Origin: Rebecca billardiae RCC1528
Lineage: Eukaryota > Protista > Haptophyta
Assembly: GCA_965240325.2 (NCBI GenBank)
Contig: OZ251236.1
Span: forward strand, 682,001-746,000
Length of the DNA stretch: 64,000 nt
Direction: 5' to 3'
The position numbers were made by a program, and so were the translations under genes. The notes below the pieces were generated by a model that saw only the letters and a list, made by a program, of their open reading frames with translations, did no database searches and was not told the origin of the DNA. This document shows, piece by piece, positions 34,903 to 46,800 of the stretch. Positions within the stretch are counted from its first letter, which is position 1, and every line of letters starts with the position of its first letter.

Positions 34903-36552
34903 TCATGCGCCGCCTCGCGCACCGCTGCTCGGGTCGACCGCGGTGGCGGGCGGCGGCAAGGACGCCCACGCCCATGGCCGCCGGTACGGGCACAGCGGAA
35001 ATGGCATCGGCAAGGCCGCCGCGGCCGCGGCGGCTGCCGCGGTCAGCGTGGCGTCGCAGACGCCGTCGTCAGACGCCGCGGTCGCGCGCGGCTCGGCATC
35101 GGCCGTTTTGGCCGCGCTCACCGCCTGCCGCGGGGGCGGCGCTGAAAGCAGTGCCGCAGGCGCTGTCGCCGCCCGGAATGCGGCGGCGTGCATGTTTGCG
35201 TGCTGCGTCGCGACCATCATCCAGTGCGCGTGCTCGGCGAGCGCCGCGGCCTGCAGCTCGTCAAGCCGGGGCGCGCGCCCCGCGTCGAGCTGCGGCTCGC
35301 TCTCCACCGTCGTGCACGCGCCGTAACCATCGGCCAGCAGCGACGCCGCCTCGGCCATCGCGTCGGATTCGTCTGTGCCACGGGCGGCGCGGTGCGCGCC
35401 CAGAGGCGCCCCGCGCGGGTGGTCCGCTGCGCCGGCCGCGAGCGCGCCGCCGCTCCAGGGCCTCGGCATGGGCCTGATGGCATGCCAAGGGGGCGTGAGG
35501 CTCACGCCCGCGTCCGCGAGCACCGAGTGCGCGTCGGGCTGACCGGGCTTCCCTGCGCCGTTGGCGGCCGCGCGCGGCGCGCCGAGGCTCAGCTCCCACA
35601 AGTCGCGCTGCCCGTCGCGCGCTCGCTCCGCGTACACGTCGTCGGCGGCGGCGCGCGGCGAGCGCGCGAGCAGTGGCGCGGGCGCGTGCGGGTCGAACGC
35701 CTCGCCCTCCACCTCCGCGTCCTCGGCCTCGAGCGTGCCGAGCTCCTCGCGCAGCAGCGCCTGCAGCGCCTCGCGGTAAGCGGCCATTGTGGTCGGGTGC
35801 ACAAAGACAGAGTACGTGACCGCCTTGAGGAAGGAGCGCTCGCACAGCTCGAGCGAGGCGCACGCCACCTTGGACGCGAGCGCGACGCGCGAGGCCACGT
35901 CAATCATCCGCACGCGCACGTCCGTGCACACCTTGTGCGCGAGCACGAGCGCCGTCAGCGTGATCGGACGGAGCGTGCTCATGCGCAGCGGAGCGCACAC
36001 CCAGCCGACGGCGCGCAGCAGTCGCTCGACGAGGACGAGCGCGTACACCACCACCTCCGGCTCGAGGCCGAGCGCCACGTACACGCCGCGCACGAACTCG
36101 CCGATGAGCGCCACCGCGTGCGACCCCGTCGCCTCGAGGCCGAGCCACGCGTGCTCGTTGCCGAGCGCAAACGGATGGTGGATCTCGCAGAACGGACACG
36201 AGAGCGGGAGGCAGACGAGCTCGACGGGGCTCACGCCCGCGTCGGCGCCCGTGGACGAGCCCAGGCTCGTGAGCAAGTGCCTGTGCAGCGCAATCGAGAA
36301 GCCGGCGATCACAGCCTGCGCGCGCGTCGCCTCGCTCGAGAGCGCATGCCGGGCACCGGCCGGCGCGGCGCGCCGCTCCTCAGCAGCCCATGCAGCCGCG
36401 GGCGCGGCGGTGAGTGCCAGCGGCGCGGACACCTCGCGCTTTGGACGCTTGCTCGCCGGGTTCAGCCCTGTGTCGTGCAAGCCGTGGCCGGCCATTCGCT
36501 CGCGCGTCAGGCCGGCAGCGACGGCCTCGGCGAGGCCGGAAGGGACGACCAT
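34903..36552 (-). CDS. Cyclin Y/PHO80-like cyclin with low-complexity C-terminus
   Basis: EVVVYALVLVERLL...LRPITLTALVLAHKVCTD...LELCERSFLKAVTYSVFV parallels the cyclin Y box. Confidence 0.75.
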   Translation of the reverse strand: MVVPSGLAEAVAAGLTRERMAGHGLHDTGLNPASKRPKREVSAPLALTAAPAAAWAAEERRAAPAGARHALSSEATRAQAVIAGFSIALHRHLLTSLGSSTGADAGVSPVELVCLPLSCPFCEIHHPFALGNEHAWLGLEATGSHAVALIGEFVRGVYVALGLEPEVVVYALVLVERLLRAVGWVCAPLRMSTLRPITLTALVLAHKVCTDVRVRMIDVASRVALASKVACASLELCERSFLKAVTYSVFVHPTTMAAYREALQALLREELGTLEAEDAEVEGEAFDPHAPAPLLARSPRAAADDVYAERARDGQRDLWELSLGAPRAAANGAGKPGQPDAHSVLADAGVSLTPPWHAIRPMPRPWSGGALAAGAADHPRGAPLGAHRAARGTDESDAMAEAASLLADGYGACTTVESEPQLDAGRAPRLDELQAAALAEHAHWMMVATQHANMHAAAFRAATAPAALLSAPPPRQAVSAAKTADAEPRATAASDDGVCDATLTAAAAAAAAALPMPFPLCPYRRPWAWASLPPPATAVDPSSGARGGA

Positions 36553-37531
36553 TCGGTGCAAGCTGTCGTTCGTGACTGGTGGTCTGGTGGAGGGCAAACG
36601 AGATTCACCGAGTGTCGTGTTCGTGATTGGCTGAAGAAAGTTTGGGTGCTTCGACACACTTCGCTTACGCCGCGCAGTTCCACCAATGAGGGCCGCCTGA
36701 AGGAATTGAAGTTGACAAGTTGTAGCTGCAACCCTCCGGCACGGCGCGGGATTGGCCCGCATCAAGTACCCGGGTTGATTTTGACGTGGCCTTCAGTGGC
36801 CTTCACTCCCTTTCCTTCAACTCGGCAACCGCAGATATTCATCGGTGTCATACCAGGTGAACCACCAAGAGACTTTATTAAAAGGCTACTTTACTCATGA
36901 ATTGTCATCAGCGGAAACGCCAACGTCGAAGCTTCAACCCCTTCCGCAGCCGCAGGATCAAGCCGCGTGCGCCGTTCTCGCGCTAGGCTACAGCCCGTGA
37001 CAGCAACCCGCAGTGTCAGTATAACCGGTGTGCGCCATCATGCCTCACCACGTGAGAGAGAGAGTGTGTGCTGCCGCGCAGTCGCACGTCCACGCATCGT
37101 TCTGGAGCCGCATTGATTTCTCTCGCGGATCCGTAACACCGCGCGGCGGCCGTCCGCGCGGGCCGCGCGGGCCGCTGCCGGTCCGGGCGCCGGGCCGGCG
37201 CGCACGCGGGGCCGCCCACGGCCACGGGCCCAAGCTGACTCACCCGGCGGCGTGGACCCGACGGTGCTCTGCGCAAGCGCGACTGCCGTGCTGTCTCGGA
37301 CAGCCTGCATGCATGTCGGTGCGCACGTTTCGAGGGTAGTCTACCGTAGCCGCACTCTGAACGCTGAGGAGGCCTCCCAGTCCGGTCCGGCATCGGCCGG
37401 GTCGGATTCAAACTCGGCCGCCATCGCGCGACTGCCGGGCGCGCCCGCGCGGGTCGCATATAAGTTGGCGCGGACCACGGCGCGAGCCCGCACGCCAGGC
37501 CCGAGTGCCGCGACGCGCCAGGCGGCTTGCG

Positions 37532-40500
37532 ATGGCCCGCTCAGGCCGCGAGCCCGCCGTCGGCTCCGCGCTCGGCCGCTCCCGGCGCGTGGCCGTGTCG
37601 GGCGACCTCGCGCAGATTGGCGTTGACCAAGTCGGCACGATCATGCTCAGCCTCGAGCGTGTGAACGTCTCGAGCGGCTCGACGATGGTGCGCGTGCAGG
37701 TCTCGAGCGCCAGCAGCGGGGGCCCCGCCGTCTCGCGCCGCCCGGCCGCCAAGCCGTACTTTGCGCGGGACTATCCGACGCCGCTTGCGCAGGACGAGGC
37801 GCAGCTGTCGTACGGGCCGCTCACGCGCGCGGGCGAGGGCATCCTCGCGATCACCGTCGACGGGTCGCACGTGCCAGGCTCGCCGTTCGCGCTCGACGTG
37901 CTCCCCGGCGTGCCGCACGGGCCGAGCTCCACGCTGGTGGCCGGCGAGCCGGAGGACGGCGGCGCTGAGGCGTCCGCGGCGACGTCGGGACCGCCCCTCG
38001 CGATGGCGCGCGCGGGCGAGGTGGGCGCGGCGACGGTCATCGCGCGGGATCGGCACGGCAACCTGACGGACGCGAGCGCCGAGGCGGTCGAGGTCTGGCT
38101 GCAGCGCGTGCGAGCCGGCGGCGCGCACGGCGCGGGCCGCGCGGCCGGCGGCGGCGCGCCGGAGCGTCAATTGTCGTGGGAGCCTAGGCCGGGGTCGGCT
38201 GATGGCGGCGGTGCGACCACGCGCGCGGCCGGCGCGGCGGCGGAGTCGGCGCGCGTCGAGGCGGCGAGCGTGCACGAGCGCGTGTGGGCCGAGCCGGCCC
38301 GCGAGCCGCGCCCCGACGGTGCCGTCCCCGACGCGTACGGCGGCCTCGGCCGCCCCGGGCCGCGCGCGCTCGTGGGCGTGCGCTTCATCCGCACAAAGGC
38401 AGGAGAGTACTTACTGAGCGCGCGGCTTCGGGGCGAGCTGGTCGGGCGCGCGCTCCGGTGCCGCGTGCTCGCGGCGGAGGCGCACGCGCCCACGAGCGTG
38501 CTGCTGCATGCGACCACGCTCGGTGCGCCCGCCGACGGCGGTGTCGAGCAGCCCAGCCTGCCGGTGAAGCTTGCCGACGTGGACGATCGGACGGGCGGCG
38601 GAGCGCTCGGTCTAGAGTCTGCGAGCGTCGCGTCGGCCGGCGCGTTCCCGCAGCTGCGGCTGCTGCTGCCCGCGGGCGAGTGGTGCCGCCTCGCGCTGCG
38701 CGCGCGCGACCGCTTCGGCAACGACCTCGACCACTCCGGCGATTTCGTCGCCGCCGCCGGCTACAGCGACGACGGCGGCGGCGGCGGCGCGGATGGAGCG
38801 TTTGCTGTCGGCGGCGTCGACGCGGCGGGCGAGCACAGCGCCGAGCCGCCGAGGCGTGCGGCGGTGGGCGAGCTGCTTGCGCGCGTGCGCGAGATGGGCC
38901 CCGCGCACAGGGCGCCGCCGGGCGCGCCGCCGCCGCCGCCCGCGCCCGGCGCCGCCGGCGCGTACGCCGTCGACGTGTGCGCGCGCCGCGCGGGCGCTTA
39001 CGAGCTCCACGTCACGTTGCGGCCGGCGGCGAGCGCTCCGGGCTCGGCGGCGGCCACGCACGTGTGCGGCTCGCCGCTGCGCGTGCACGCGTACCCCGCG
39101 GGCGCCGACCCGGACTCGACGGCGGCGCGCGGCGAGGGGCTCAGCGCCGCCACCGCGGGGCAGCGCGCCACGTTCTGGGTCCTCCCTGCCGCGTTCTTTG
39201 GTGACGAGGCCGCGGCGGAGGCGCACGCGCGCGCGCTGCGCGTGCGCGTGGTGCGCACGCGCGCGCCGCCCGAGCCGCCCGCCTCGCCCGCGCACTGGGC
39301 GCCGGGCGCCGTGCTGCGCCCTGCGCCCGTCGACGTGGTGGGCGGCTCGCCGCCGCGCGCTGCCGGCGGCGCGCTCGTCCCCAGCGGCCACTCCTCGACG
39401 GGCGACGGCGTGCGGCGCGAGCGAGGCGCGGCGCCGCCCGGCTCGCCGCAGTCGCAGCCACGCGCGTCGTCGGCAGTTCGCGTTGCCATTGCTGTCGAGC
39501 GCCGCCCGCCGATCCCGGGGCTGGAGCGCGCGTACCGCGTGGAGTACGAGCCCGCGCTCTCGGGGTCGCACCAGATCGAGATCGAGGTCGGCGGCCGGCC
39601 GATCGCCGGCTCGCCCTTCGCCGCGGCGGTGGGCGCGGGCGCGCTCGACGGCGCACGCAGCACAGTGCTTGGACTGGCGACCTCTGGTGCAGGCCACGCG
39701 CCGCGCACGGCCGAGCTCGAGGGCGTGGCGGGCGAGTGGTACCACGTGCTCCTCACGCCGCGCGACGCGCAGGGCAACGTGCGCGGCGCGGACGGCGCCG
39801 ACGTCGCGGCGGTGCAGGTCACGCCCGCCGCGGGCCCGTCCGGTCCCGTGGAGACGCGCGCGGCGCGCCGAGTCGACGGCGCGTTCGTGTTGGCGTTTCG
39901 CGCGCCGTCCGCCGGCCGGTATCAGCTTCAGGCGCTCGTGAACGGGCGCGAGGCCGGCGGCGAGGCGGGGCGCGCGCGCGTGCGCATCGTCGCCGCCGAG
40001 CCCTCCGCAGACGCGACCGACCTGCTCGAGGACCTCGGCGGGCAGCGCGGCGTGCTCGCGCACGCGGGCGCAGAGGGCTCGGATGCGGCGCTCGCGACGC
40101 TCGCGGCGCCAGAGCGCGGCGGCGGCGGCGGCGGCGGCGGGTTGGGCTGGCTCACCGCGGCGGAGGTGCTCGGCATCGGCGCGCCCCGGGCGCTGCTCGC
40201 GTTCGAGCCGGCGGCCATCGCGTTCGTCGCGCGCGACCGCCTCGGCAACGCCGCGGCGGGCGTTGGTGCGGCGGTTCTGGAGGCGGGCGGGCTACGTGCC
40301 GAGTGCGGCGCGGCCGCGCGCTCGCCGACCGTTCACGCGATCGGTGCCGGCGTGTTTGCAGTCCGGATGATCCCGGCCACGGCGGGCGAGCACGAGCTGA
40401 GCGTCACGCTGGGCGGCGTGCACGTGCGCGGCTCGCCCGCGCCGCTGCGCATCGAGCCGGGCGCGCCGTCGGCAGAGCACACCAAAGCGCATGGCGGCGG

Positions 40501-42598
40501 GCTGGAGTCGGCGCTCGTCGGCGAACCTTGCCACTTCCACGTGACCACAGCGGACGCGGGCGGGCAGCGGTGCGCGGCGGGCGGCGCCGCGCTCGGCGTG
40601 TCGGTGTTCCCGCTCGGGCACGGGCACCGCGGCCGCGTGCTCGAGCTGCGAGACCACCGCGACGGCAGCTACTCAGTCCGGTACGTCGCTGACGTCACCG
40701 GCCGCTACCAAGTCCACGTGACGCTTCGGCGCGCGCACATCGCAGGCTCGCCCTTTGGCGTCCGCGCTTACAGCGCGCGGGACGGGGACCCGTCGGCCGC
40801 TGCCCCGGCGCCGTCGGCGTCGTCGCCGCCGCCGGCTCACGGCGCGCGCGCGGCGTCGCCGCCGCCGTTCGACCGGGCGGCGGCGGCTCGCCACTCGCCT
40901 GCGCCGCGCCGCCCCGCCCAAGTTTTCTCGACCGCGCTGCCGCCGCCGCCGGCGGTGGTGGCGGCGGCGGGCGGCGGGGACGGCGGCGCCGGCGCGGCGC
41001 GCGCGCAGCCGCGTCCTCCGCGCGCGCACACGCCGCCGCCGCTGCCGCTGCATCGCGCGCGGCCGACGGCCGACGGCGGCGGCGTCGGTGGCGGCGCGCC
41101 TCCGCCGCGCGCGTACCGCACACTCGGCGGCGCGCACAACGCGCGCTGGCCGACCCACCCGCGCGCCGCACGGCCCGAGTCCACACTCGCCCGTGCAGCG
41201 TCGCCGCGCTCAGTCGCATCTGAGGATGGGCTTGCCGCGCCGCGCTCGCGGCCGCACAGCCCCCCCGCGCGCGCGCCGTCGCCGCCGCTGAGCGCGAGGG
41301 AGTGGCGCGCGCCGGCGCCAGCGCGCAGCCCGCACGGCGCCGCGCCGCCGCGCGCACGCTCCGTCGGCCGCGCCGCAGCCGGCGGCGGCGGCGGCGGCGG
41401 CACGCACGCCGCGTCGTGCGCCGTGCGCGGCGCCGGCGTCTCGCGCGAAATTCCGGTGGGCGCGCCAGTCCGGCTCTCGGTCCTGGCGTTCGACGCGTCC
41501 GGCGTGCGCCGGCGCGTGGGCGGCGACCACTTCCGGCTGAGCGTGCATCCTGCGAGCGGCGCGCACATGCGCGCTGCCACGAGCCGCGGGCACGGCGTTG
41601 CCGACGGCGGCACGCACGGCGTTCAAGTGCACGGGTCGGTTACGGATTGCGGCGACGGCCGGTACGAAATGGCGTATACGGCGCTCGCGCCCGGGCAGTT
41701 CTCGGTGACGGTGACGCTGCTGAGCGAGGGGCGCACGCAGCACGTGCGTGGGAGCCCGTTCCTCGTGCGCGCGCGCGCGCCAACCGCGCCGGAGATCGAC
41801 GGCGGCGCGGACGATCCGCCCTGGGGCGCGGAGGCGGAGGCGGGCAGCTGGGGTGCGGGCGCGCGTCGGCCGAGCCCGCGCGCTCACACAGCAGCGGAGG
41901 AGGCGGCGCGCGGCGCGCCCGGCGCGCATGGGGTCCCCGCCGTCCGCCTCCCGGCGCGGGCGCCGGCTCGGCCGGGTGTGCGCCCGGCCGCGTCGTCGCC
42001 GCGTGGCGCGCGGCCGCACTCGCCGCGTGTGAGATTCACTGCGCCCGCCTCGCCGCCGCCGACAGCGCGCGTCTCAGGCCGAGTGCAGCCCGCGCCGCCG
42101 CCCGCCGCAGCGCCGCGCCGCAGCGGCGGCGAGCAGCGCAGCCCGCGGCCGCACGCCGCGCCGCCCACGCCGCGCGGCACGCGCGAAGAGTGGCAGCCGC
42201 CGCCCATGCCTGCGTGCACGGGCCACGGCGGCGGCTCGTCGCCGCGGCACGCGTGGGCCGCGCCCGTGCACGCGCCTCGCCAGCCCGCGCGCCGCTCGCA
42301 GCCGCCACCGGCGCGCGGGCCGCGCAGCCCCGGCACGCGACTGTACCCGCCGCGCACTCACGACCATGTGGACTGGCACACGCGCAGGCCGGGCTCGGTG
42401 GTGGGCGTCGAGCAGGCGCGCGCCGCGGACGCGCTGGCAGAGGAGCTCGCGCACGCCCCGCCCGCGGCGCGCGCGGCGGCGGCCGAAGCGGTGGCGGCGC
42501 TACAGCAGCCGCCGCCGCGCGGCACGCGGCACAAGATCCGTGGCGGCTTCAACGAGAGGGACGTCGCCGACGCCATCGGCCGGGTCGGCTTCGGCTGA
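37532..42598 (+). CDS. Large filamin-type Ig-repeat protein with Pro/Arg-rich linkers
   Basis: ~1690-aa open frame with repeated HVxGSPF, ARDRxGN, DGSYSVRY...GRYQVHV and GDGRYEMAY motifs. Confidence 0.85.
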   Translation: MARSGREPAVGSALGRSRRVAVSGDLAQIGVDQVGTIMLSLERVNVSSGSTMVRVQVSSASSGGPAVSRRPAAKPYFARDYPTPLAQDEAQLSYGPLTRAGEGILAITVDGSHVPGSPFALDVLPGVPHGPSSTLVAGEPEDGGAEASAATSGPPLAMARAGEVGAATVIARDRHGNLTDASAEAVEVWLQRVRAGGAHGAGRAAGGGAPERQLSWEPRPGSADGGGATTRAAGAAAESARVEAASVHERVWAEPAREPRPDGAVPDAYGGLGRPGPRALVGVRFIRTKAGEYLLSARLRGELVGRALRCRVLAAEAHAPTSVLLHATTLGAPADGGVEQPSLPVKLADVDDRTGGGALGLESASVASAGAFPQLRLLLPAGEWCRLALRARDRFGNDLDHSGDFVAAAGYSDDGGGGGADGAFAVGGVDAAGEHSAEPPRRAAVGELLARVREMGPAHRAPPGAPPPPPAPGAAGAYAVDVCARRAGAYELHVTLRPAASAPGSAAATHVCGSPLRVHAYPAGADPDSTAARGEGLSAATAGQRATFWVLPAAFFGDEAAAEAHARALRVRVVRTRAPPEPPASPAHWAPGAVLRPAPVDVVGGSPPRAAGGALVPSGHSSTGDGVRRERGAAPPGSPQSQPRASSAVRVAIAVERRPPIPGLERAYRVEYEPALSGSHQIEIEVGGRPIAGSPFAAAVGAGALDGARSTVLGLATSGAGHAPRTAELEGVAGEWYHVLLTPRDAQGNVRGADGADVAAVQVTPAAGPSGPVETRAARRVDGAFVLAFRAPSAGRYQLQALVNGREAGGEAGRARVRIVAAEPSADATDLLEDLGGQRGVLAHAGAEGSDAALATLAAPERGGGGGGGGLGWLTAAEVLGIGAPRALLAFEPAAIAFVARDRLGNAAAGVGAAVLEAGGLRAECGAAARSPTVHAIGAGVFAVRMIPATAGEHELSVTLGGVHVRGSPAPLRIEPGAPSAEHTKAHGGGLESALVGEPCHFHVTTADAGGQRCAAGGAALGVSVFPLGHGHRGRVLELRDHRDGSYSVRYVADVTGRYQVHVTLRRAHIAGSPFGVRAYSARDGDPSAAAPAPSASSPPPAHGARAASPPPFDRAAAARHSPAPRRPAQVFSTALPPPPAVVAAAGGGDGGAGAARAQPRPPRAHTPPPLPLHRARPTADGGGVGGGAPPPRAYRTLGGAHNARWPTHPRAARPESTLARAASPRSVASEDGLAAPRSRPHSPPARAPSPPLSAREWRAPAPARSPHGAAPPRARSVGRAAAGGGGGGGTHAASCAVRGAGVSREIPVGAPVRLSVLAFDASGVRRRVGGDHFRLSVHPASGAHMRAATSRGHGVADGGTHGVQVHGSVTDCGDGRYEMAYTALAPGQFSVTVTLLSEGRTQHVRGSPFLVRARAPTAPEIDGGADDPPWGAEAEAGSWGAGARRPSPRAHTAAEEAARGAPGAHGVPAVRLPARAPARPGVRPAASSPRGARPHSPRVRFTAPASPPPTARVSGRVQPAPPPAAAPRRSGGEQRSPRPHAAPPTPRGTREEWQPPPMPACTGHGGGSSPRHAWAAPVHAPRQPARRSQPPPARGPRSPGTRLYPPRTHDHVDWHTRRPGSVVGVEQARAADALAEELAHAPPAARAAAAEAVAALQQPPPRGTRHKIRGGFNERDVADAIGRVGFG

Positions 42599-43064
42599 CC
42601 ACGGCTCGTCTCGTCAACGGTCAAGTCTCACTCTCGTCATCAAGACGTACGACGTCGACGATGCGGATGTCGATGACTCCGCGACGATGACTAATTCCAT
42701 GATGGCGGGTTAAAGACACAGGCACGAGGGCGCAGCTCTCCTGATTCGTCTGTAGTGGTACTGGTCGAAGCTTGCAGCAGTGGCAGTGGTGTGAGCACGT
42801 TGATGTTGGTCCCCATGCCCATGGGCATGGCGGATGTCGTTGTTGTCGTCGTCCGGACGTCGTCAGGCCCACCAGGAAGTGCATGGGTACGAAATCAAAG
42901 GCGAGTGAGCATGTTGGCGTCGGCCAGGCCGTCCCCTACTTGGTCAGCAGCTGGTGCGGATGATGTCGTCGCCTACTTGGTCAGTGGCTGGTCATGGTGG
43001 ACGATGGTGTAGCCTGTTCTTGGTCAGCAGCTGGTGGATGATGTTGTGGCCGAAGTTAGTAGTA

Positions 43065-43846
43065 CAGGGTCTCCAACATTAAACTGGACACTTTGGGCAG
43101 CAGCTCAGCGTACGGCCTGTGGCTGCCTCGCGCGGGGTCAGGAGCGGCCAGCTCGGCTCGTGTGCACCCCACTAGGTCTGTCTGCGACCGCGCATAGCCG
43201 GGCAGCCCGCGTGGAGCACCCCTCTGGGTCATGCGGACAGTCGGCACAAGGCTGGTCGTGAGGGCCGTGAAGCAGCCGTGTGGCTTCTGCGCATGTCTGT
43301 AGCCAGCAAGCCCGCTCAAGGCCGCGCAGATATTATTACGTGGCATGGTCGATGACTATGCGGCATGCGCTCGACAGCCCTGGGCAAGCCCGGACGTAGC
43401 GCTACACCAGGAGTATATACGGCTCGATCGGACCAGCCTACCAGTTGCGCACCTCGCTTGCACAGCTGCTGCACAGCCCATCGATCGGCTCTGGCCGTGC
43501 AGGCAAGGGCTACAGTCGGCGCCACTACCCGCAGCGAACGCTGGAGACCCACCAGTGCGCGCACCAACCCGCCCGCCGCCAAATGCAACCGTGCGCCAGA
43601 TACGAATTTTAGCAGGCATGCCACCCGCGGGGGCTCCGTGGACCTGTTCAGAGCCAACCGCTAGTCGGTTGAGCTGTACATCCAAGCCAGCCCTGGCCAC
43701 ACGCTGAGCGCGCCGCTCGCTGCACCCACACCCTGTCGTCATCCGAGGAGTAAGGTCCATGGCGCTCATGCGAGCCTCTGGCCCATCTCATCGTTAGCAG
43801 CCGTAGTCAGCAAAAATCAGTGTCCGAACAATTGTTGGGGACCCTG
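43065..43846. mobile_element. MITE A, copy 1 (782 bp, Tc1/mariner-type TIR CAGGGTCyCCAACA)
   Basis: 14-bp TIR with one mismatch; TA on the outer flank. Confidence 0.85.
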
Positions 43847-46800
43847 TGTGCACACTCGCCTGCCGCATGTTGAGTGACTGTCAGCCAGGGAGCTGAAGAC
43901 GACGGCTTCTCAGAGGCCGCGCGAGCTCGACGGCGGCGCGCGCGGGCACGGTGGGCTGGCGCGGCCCCGGCGCGCGCCCATCCGGCCGCGCGCCGCCGCG
44001 CCAGCCGCTCCTGCACGCGGGCTGACTCAGGCGTCAGCCTCACCCAACCGTGAGCCGCCAGCTGCTTGCCGTGGAGCTGGTCGGGAGAGGATGGGGTGGG
44101 TCGGCTGCTCCCAGAAGCTCCCCACGCGCGCCGCGCGCGCTGCATGCGGGTGCGGCGGGTCGGCGCGGCCCCGCCGCGCGCCCATCCGGCCGCGCGCCGC
44201 CGCGCCAGCCGCTCCTGCACGCGGGCTGACTCAGGCGTCAGCCTCACCCAACCGTGAGCCGCCAGCTGCTTGCCGTGGAGCTGGTCGGGAGAGGATGGGG
44301 TGGGTCGGCTGCTCCCAGAAGCTCCCCACGCGCGCCGCGCGCGCTGCATGCGGGTGCGGCGGGTCGGCGCGGCCCCGCCGCGCGCTCATCCGGCCGCGCG
44401 CCGCCGCGCCAGCCGCTCCTGCACGCGGGCTGACTCAGGCGTCAGCCTCACCCAACCGTGAGCCGCCAGCTGCTTGCCGTGGAGCTGGTCGGGAGATGAT
44501 GGGGTGGGTCGGCTGCTCCCAGAAGCTCTCCACGCGCGCCGCGCGCGCTGCATACGGGTGCGGCGGGTCGGCGCGGCCCCGCCGCGCGCCCATCCGGCCG
44601 CGCGCCGCCGCGCCAGCCGCTCCTGCACGCGGGCATGGCTGCCGAAGATCCGCACGGAATCGGCCGGGCATCAGACAGCAGTACCCGAATAACGGTTCGA
44701 ATCGCTCAGTAACGTCGAAAGCAATGCCTGCCGGCCGCGGCGCGCCGGCGCGCAGGTCAGCACGGCGGGCACGCGCTGGTACGGACCACTGTGGTGCTCC
44801 TGCGAGCAGCTGCTGACGCGTTGGCGCGATGAGACCAGCGTCCTCGCAAACACGTGACCAGGTGGCCCAGTGCCACTGCCCTGCCTCCACACGCTAGTCG
44901 AGGGAGTGACGCGTGCCGAATGTGTCTCGCCGGATGACCACCAAGGCTGCTGTCAATAAATATGAGGTGGGTCTCGTCGACAACCCGAACTGCTGGGTGT
45001 CTATTTGAAATATACTCCGCAGATTCTGCCAGTGGCAGCTACGGAGCTACGCTCGTCGCCGAGATACCTTCAGTGTGCACACTCGCCTGCCGCATGTTGA
45101 GTGACTGTCAGCCAGGGAGCTGAAGACGACGGCTTCTCAGAGGCCGCGCGAGCTCGACGGCGGCGCGCGCGGGCACGGTGGGCTGGCGCGGCCCCGGCGC
45201 GCGCCCATCCGGCCGCGCGCCGCCGCGCCAGCCGCTCCTGCACGCGGGCTGACTCAGGCGTCAGCCTCACCCAACCGTGAGCCGCCAGCTGCTTGCCGTG
45301 GAGCTGGTCGGGAGAGGATGGGGTGGGTCGGCTGCTCCCAGAAGCTCCCCACGCGCGCCGCGCGCGCTGCATGCGGGTGCGGCGGGTCGGCGCGGCCCCG
45401 CCGCGCGCCCATCCGGCCGCGCGCCGCCGCGCCAGCCGCTCCTGCACGCGGGCTGACTCAGGCGTCAGCCTCACCCAACCGTGAGCCGCCAGCTGCTTGC
45501 CGTGGAGCTGGTCGGGAGAGGATGGGGTGGGTCGGCTGCTCCCAGAAGCTCCCCACGCGCGCCGCGCGCGCTGCATGCGGGTGCGGCGGGTCGGCGCGGC
45601 CCCGCCGCGCGCTCATCCGGCCGCGCGCCGCCGCGCCAGCCGCTCCTGCACGCGGGCTGACTCAGGCGTCAGCCTCACCCAACCGTGAGCCGCCAGCTGC
45701 TTGCCGTGGAGCTGGTCGGGAGATGATGGGGTGGGTCGGCTGCTCCCAGAAGCTCTCCACGCGCGCCGCGCGCGCTGCATACGGGTGCGGCGGGTCGGCG
45801 CGGCCCCGCCGCGCGCCCATCCGGCCGCGCGCCGCCGCGCCAGCCGCTCCTGCACGCGGGCATGGCTGCCGAAGATCCGCACGGAATCGGCCGGGCATCA
45901 GACAGCAGTACCCGAATAACGGTTCGAATCGCTCAGTAACGTCGAAAGCAATGCCTGCCGGCCGCGGCGCGCCGGCGCGCAGGTCAGCACGGCGGGCACG
46001 CGCTGGTACGGACCACTGTGGTGCTCCTGCGAGCAGCTGCTGACGCGTTGGCGCGATGAGACCAGCGTCCTCGCAAACACGTGACCAGGTGGCCCAGTGC
46101 CACTGCCCTGCCTCCACACGCTAGTCGAGGGAGTGACGCGTGCCGAATGTGTCTCGCCGGATGACCACCAAGGCTGCTGTCAATAAATATGAGGTGGGTC
46201 TCGTCGACAACCCGAACTGCTGGGTGTCTATTTGAAATATACTCCGCAGATTCTGCCAGTGGCAGCTACGGAGCTACGCTCGTCGCCGAGATACCTTCAG
46301 TGTGCACACTCGCCTGCCGCATGTTGAGTGACTGTCAGCCAGGGAGCTGAAGACGACGGCTTCTCAGAGGCCGCGCGAGCTCGACGGCGGCGCGCGCGGG
46401 CACGGTGGGCTGGCGCGGCCCCGGCGCGCGCCCATCCGGCCGCGCGCCGCCGCGCCAGCCGCTCCTGCACGCGGGCTGACTCAGGCGTCAGCCTCACCCA
46501 ACCGTGAGCCGCCAGCTGCTTGCCGTGGAGCTGGTCGGGAGAGGATGGGGTGGGTCGGCTGCTCCCAGAAGCTCCCCACGCGCGCCGCGCGCGCTGCATG
46601 CGGGTGCGGCGGGTCGGCGCGGCCCCGCCGCGCGCCCATCCGGCCGCGCGCCGCCGCGCCAGCCGCTCCTGCACGCGGGCTGACTCAGGCGTCAGCCTCA
46701 CCCAACCGTGAGCCGCCAGCTGCTTGCCGTGGAGCTGGTCGGGAGAGGATGGGGTGGGTCGGCTGCTCCCAGAAGCTCCCCACGCGCGCCGCGCGCGCTG

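Noticed and set aside
42930-43050. Short degenerate CTTGGTCAG repeats left of the compound element
   Set aside because: Only about three imperfect copies with no interpretable structure.
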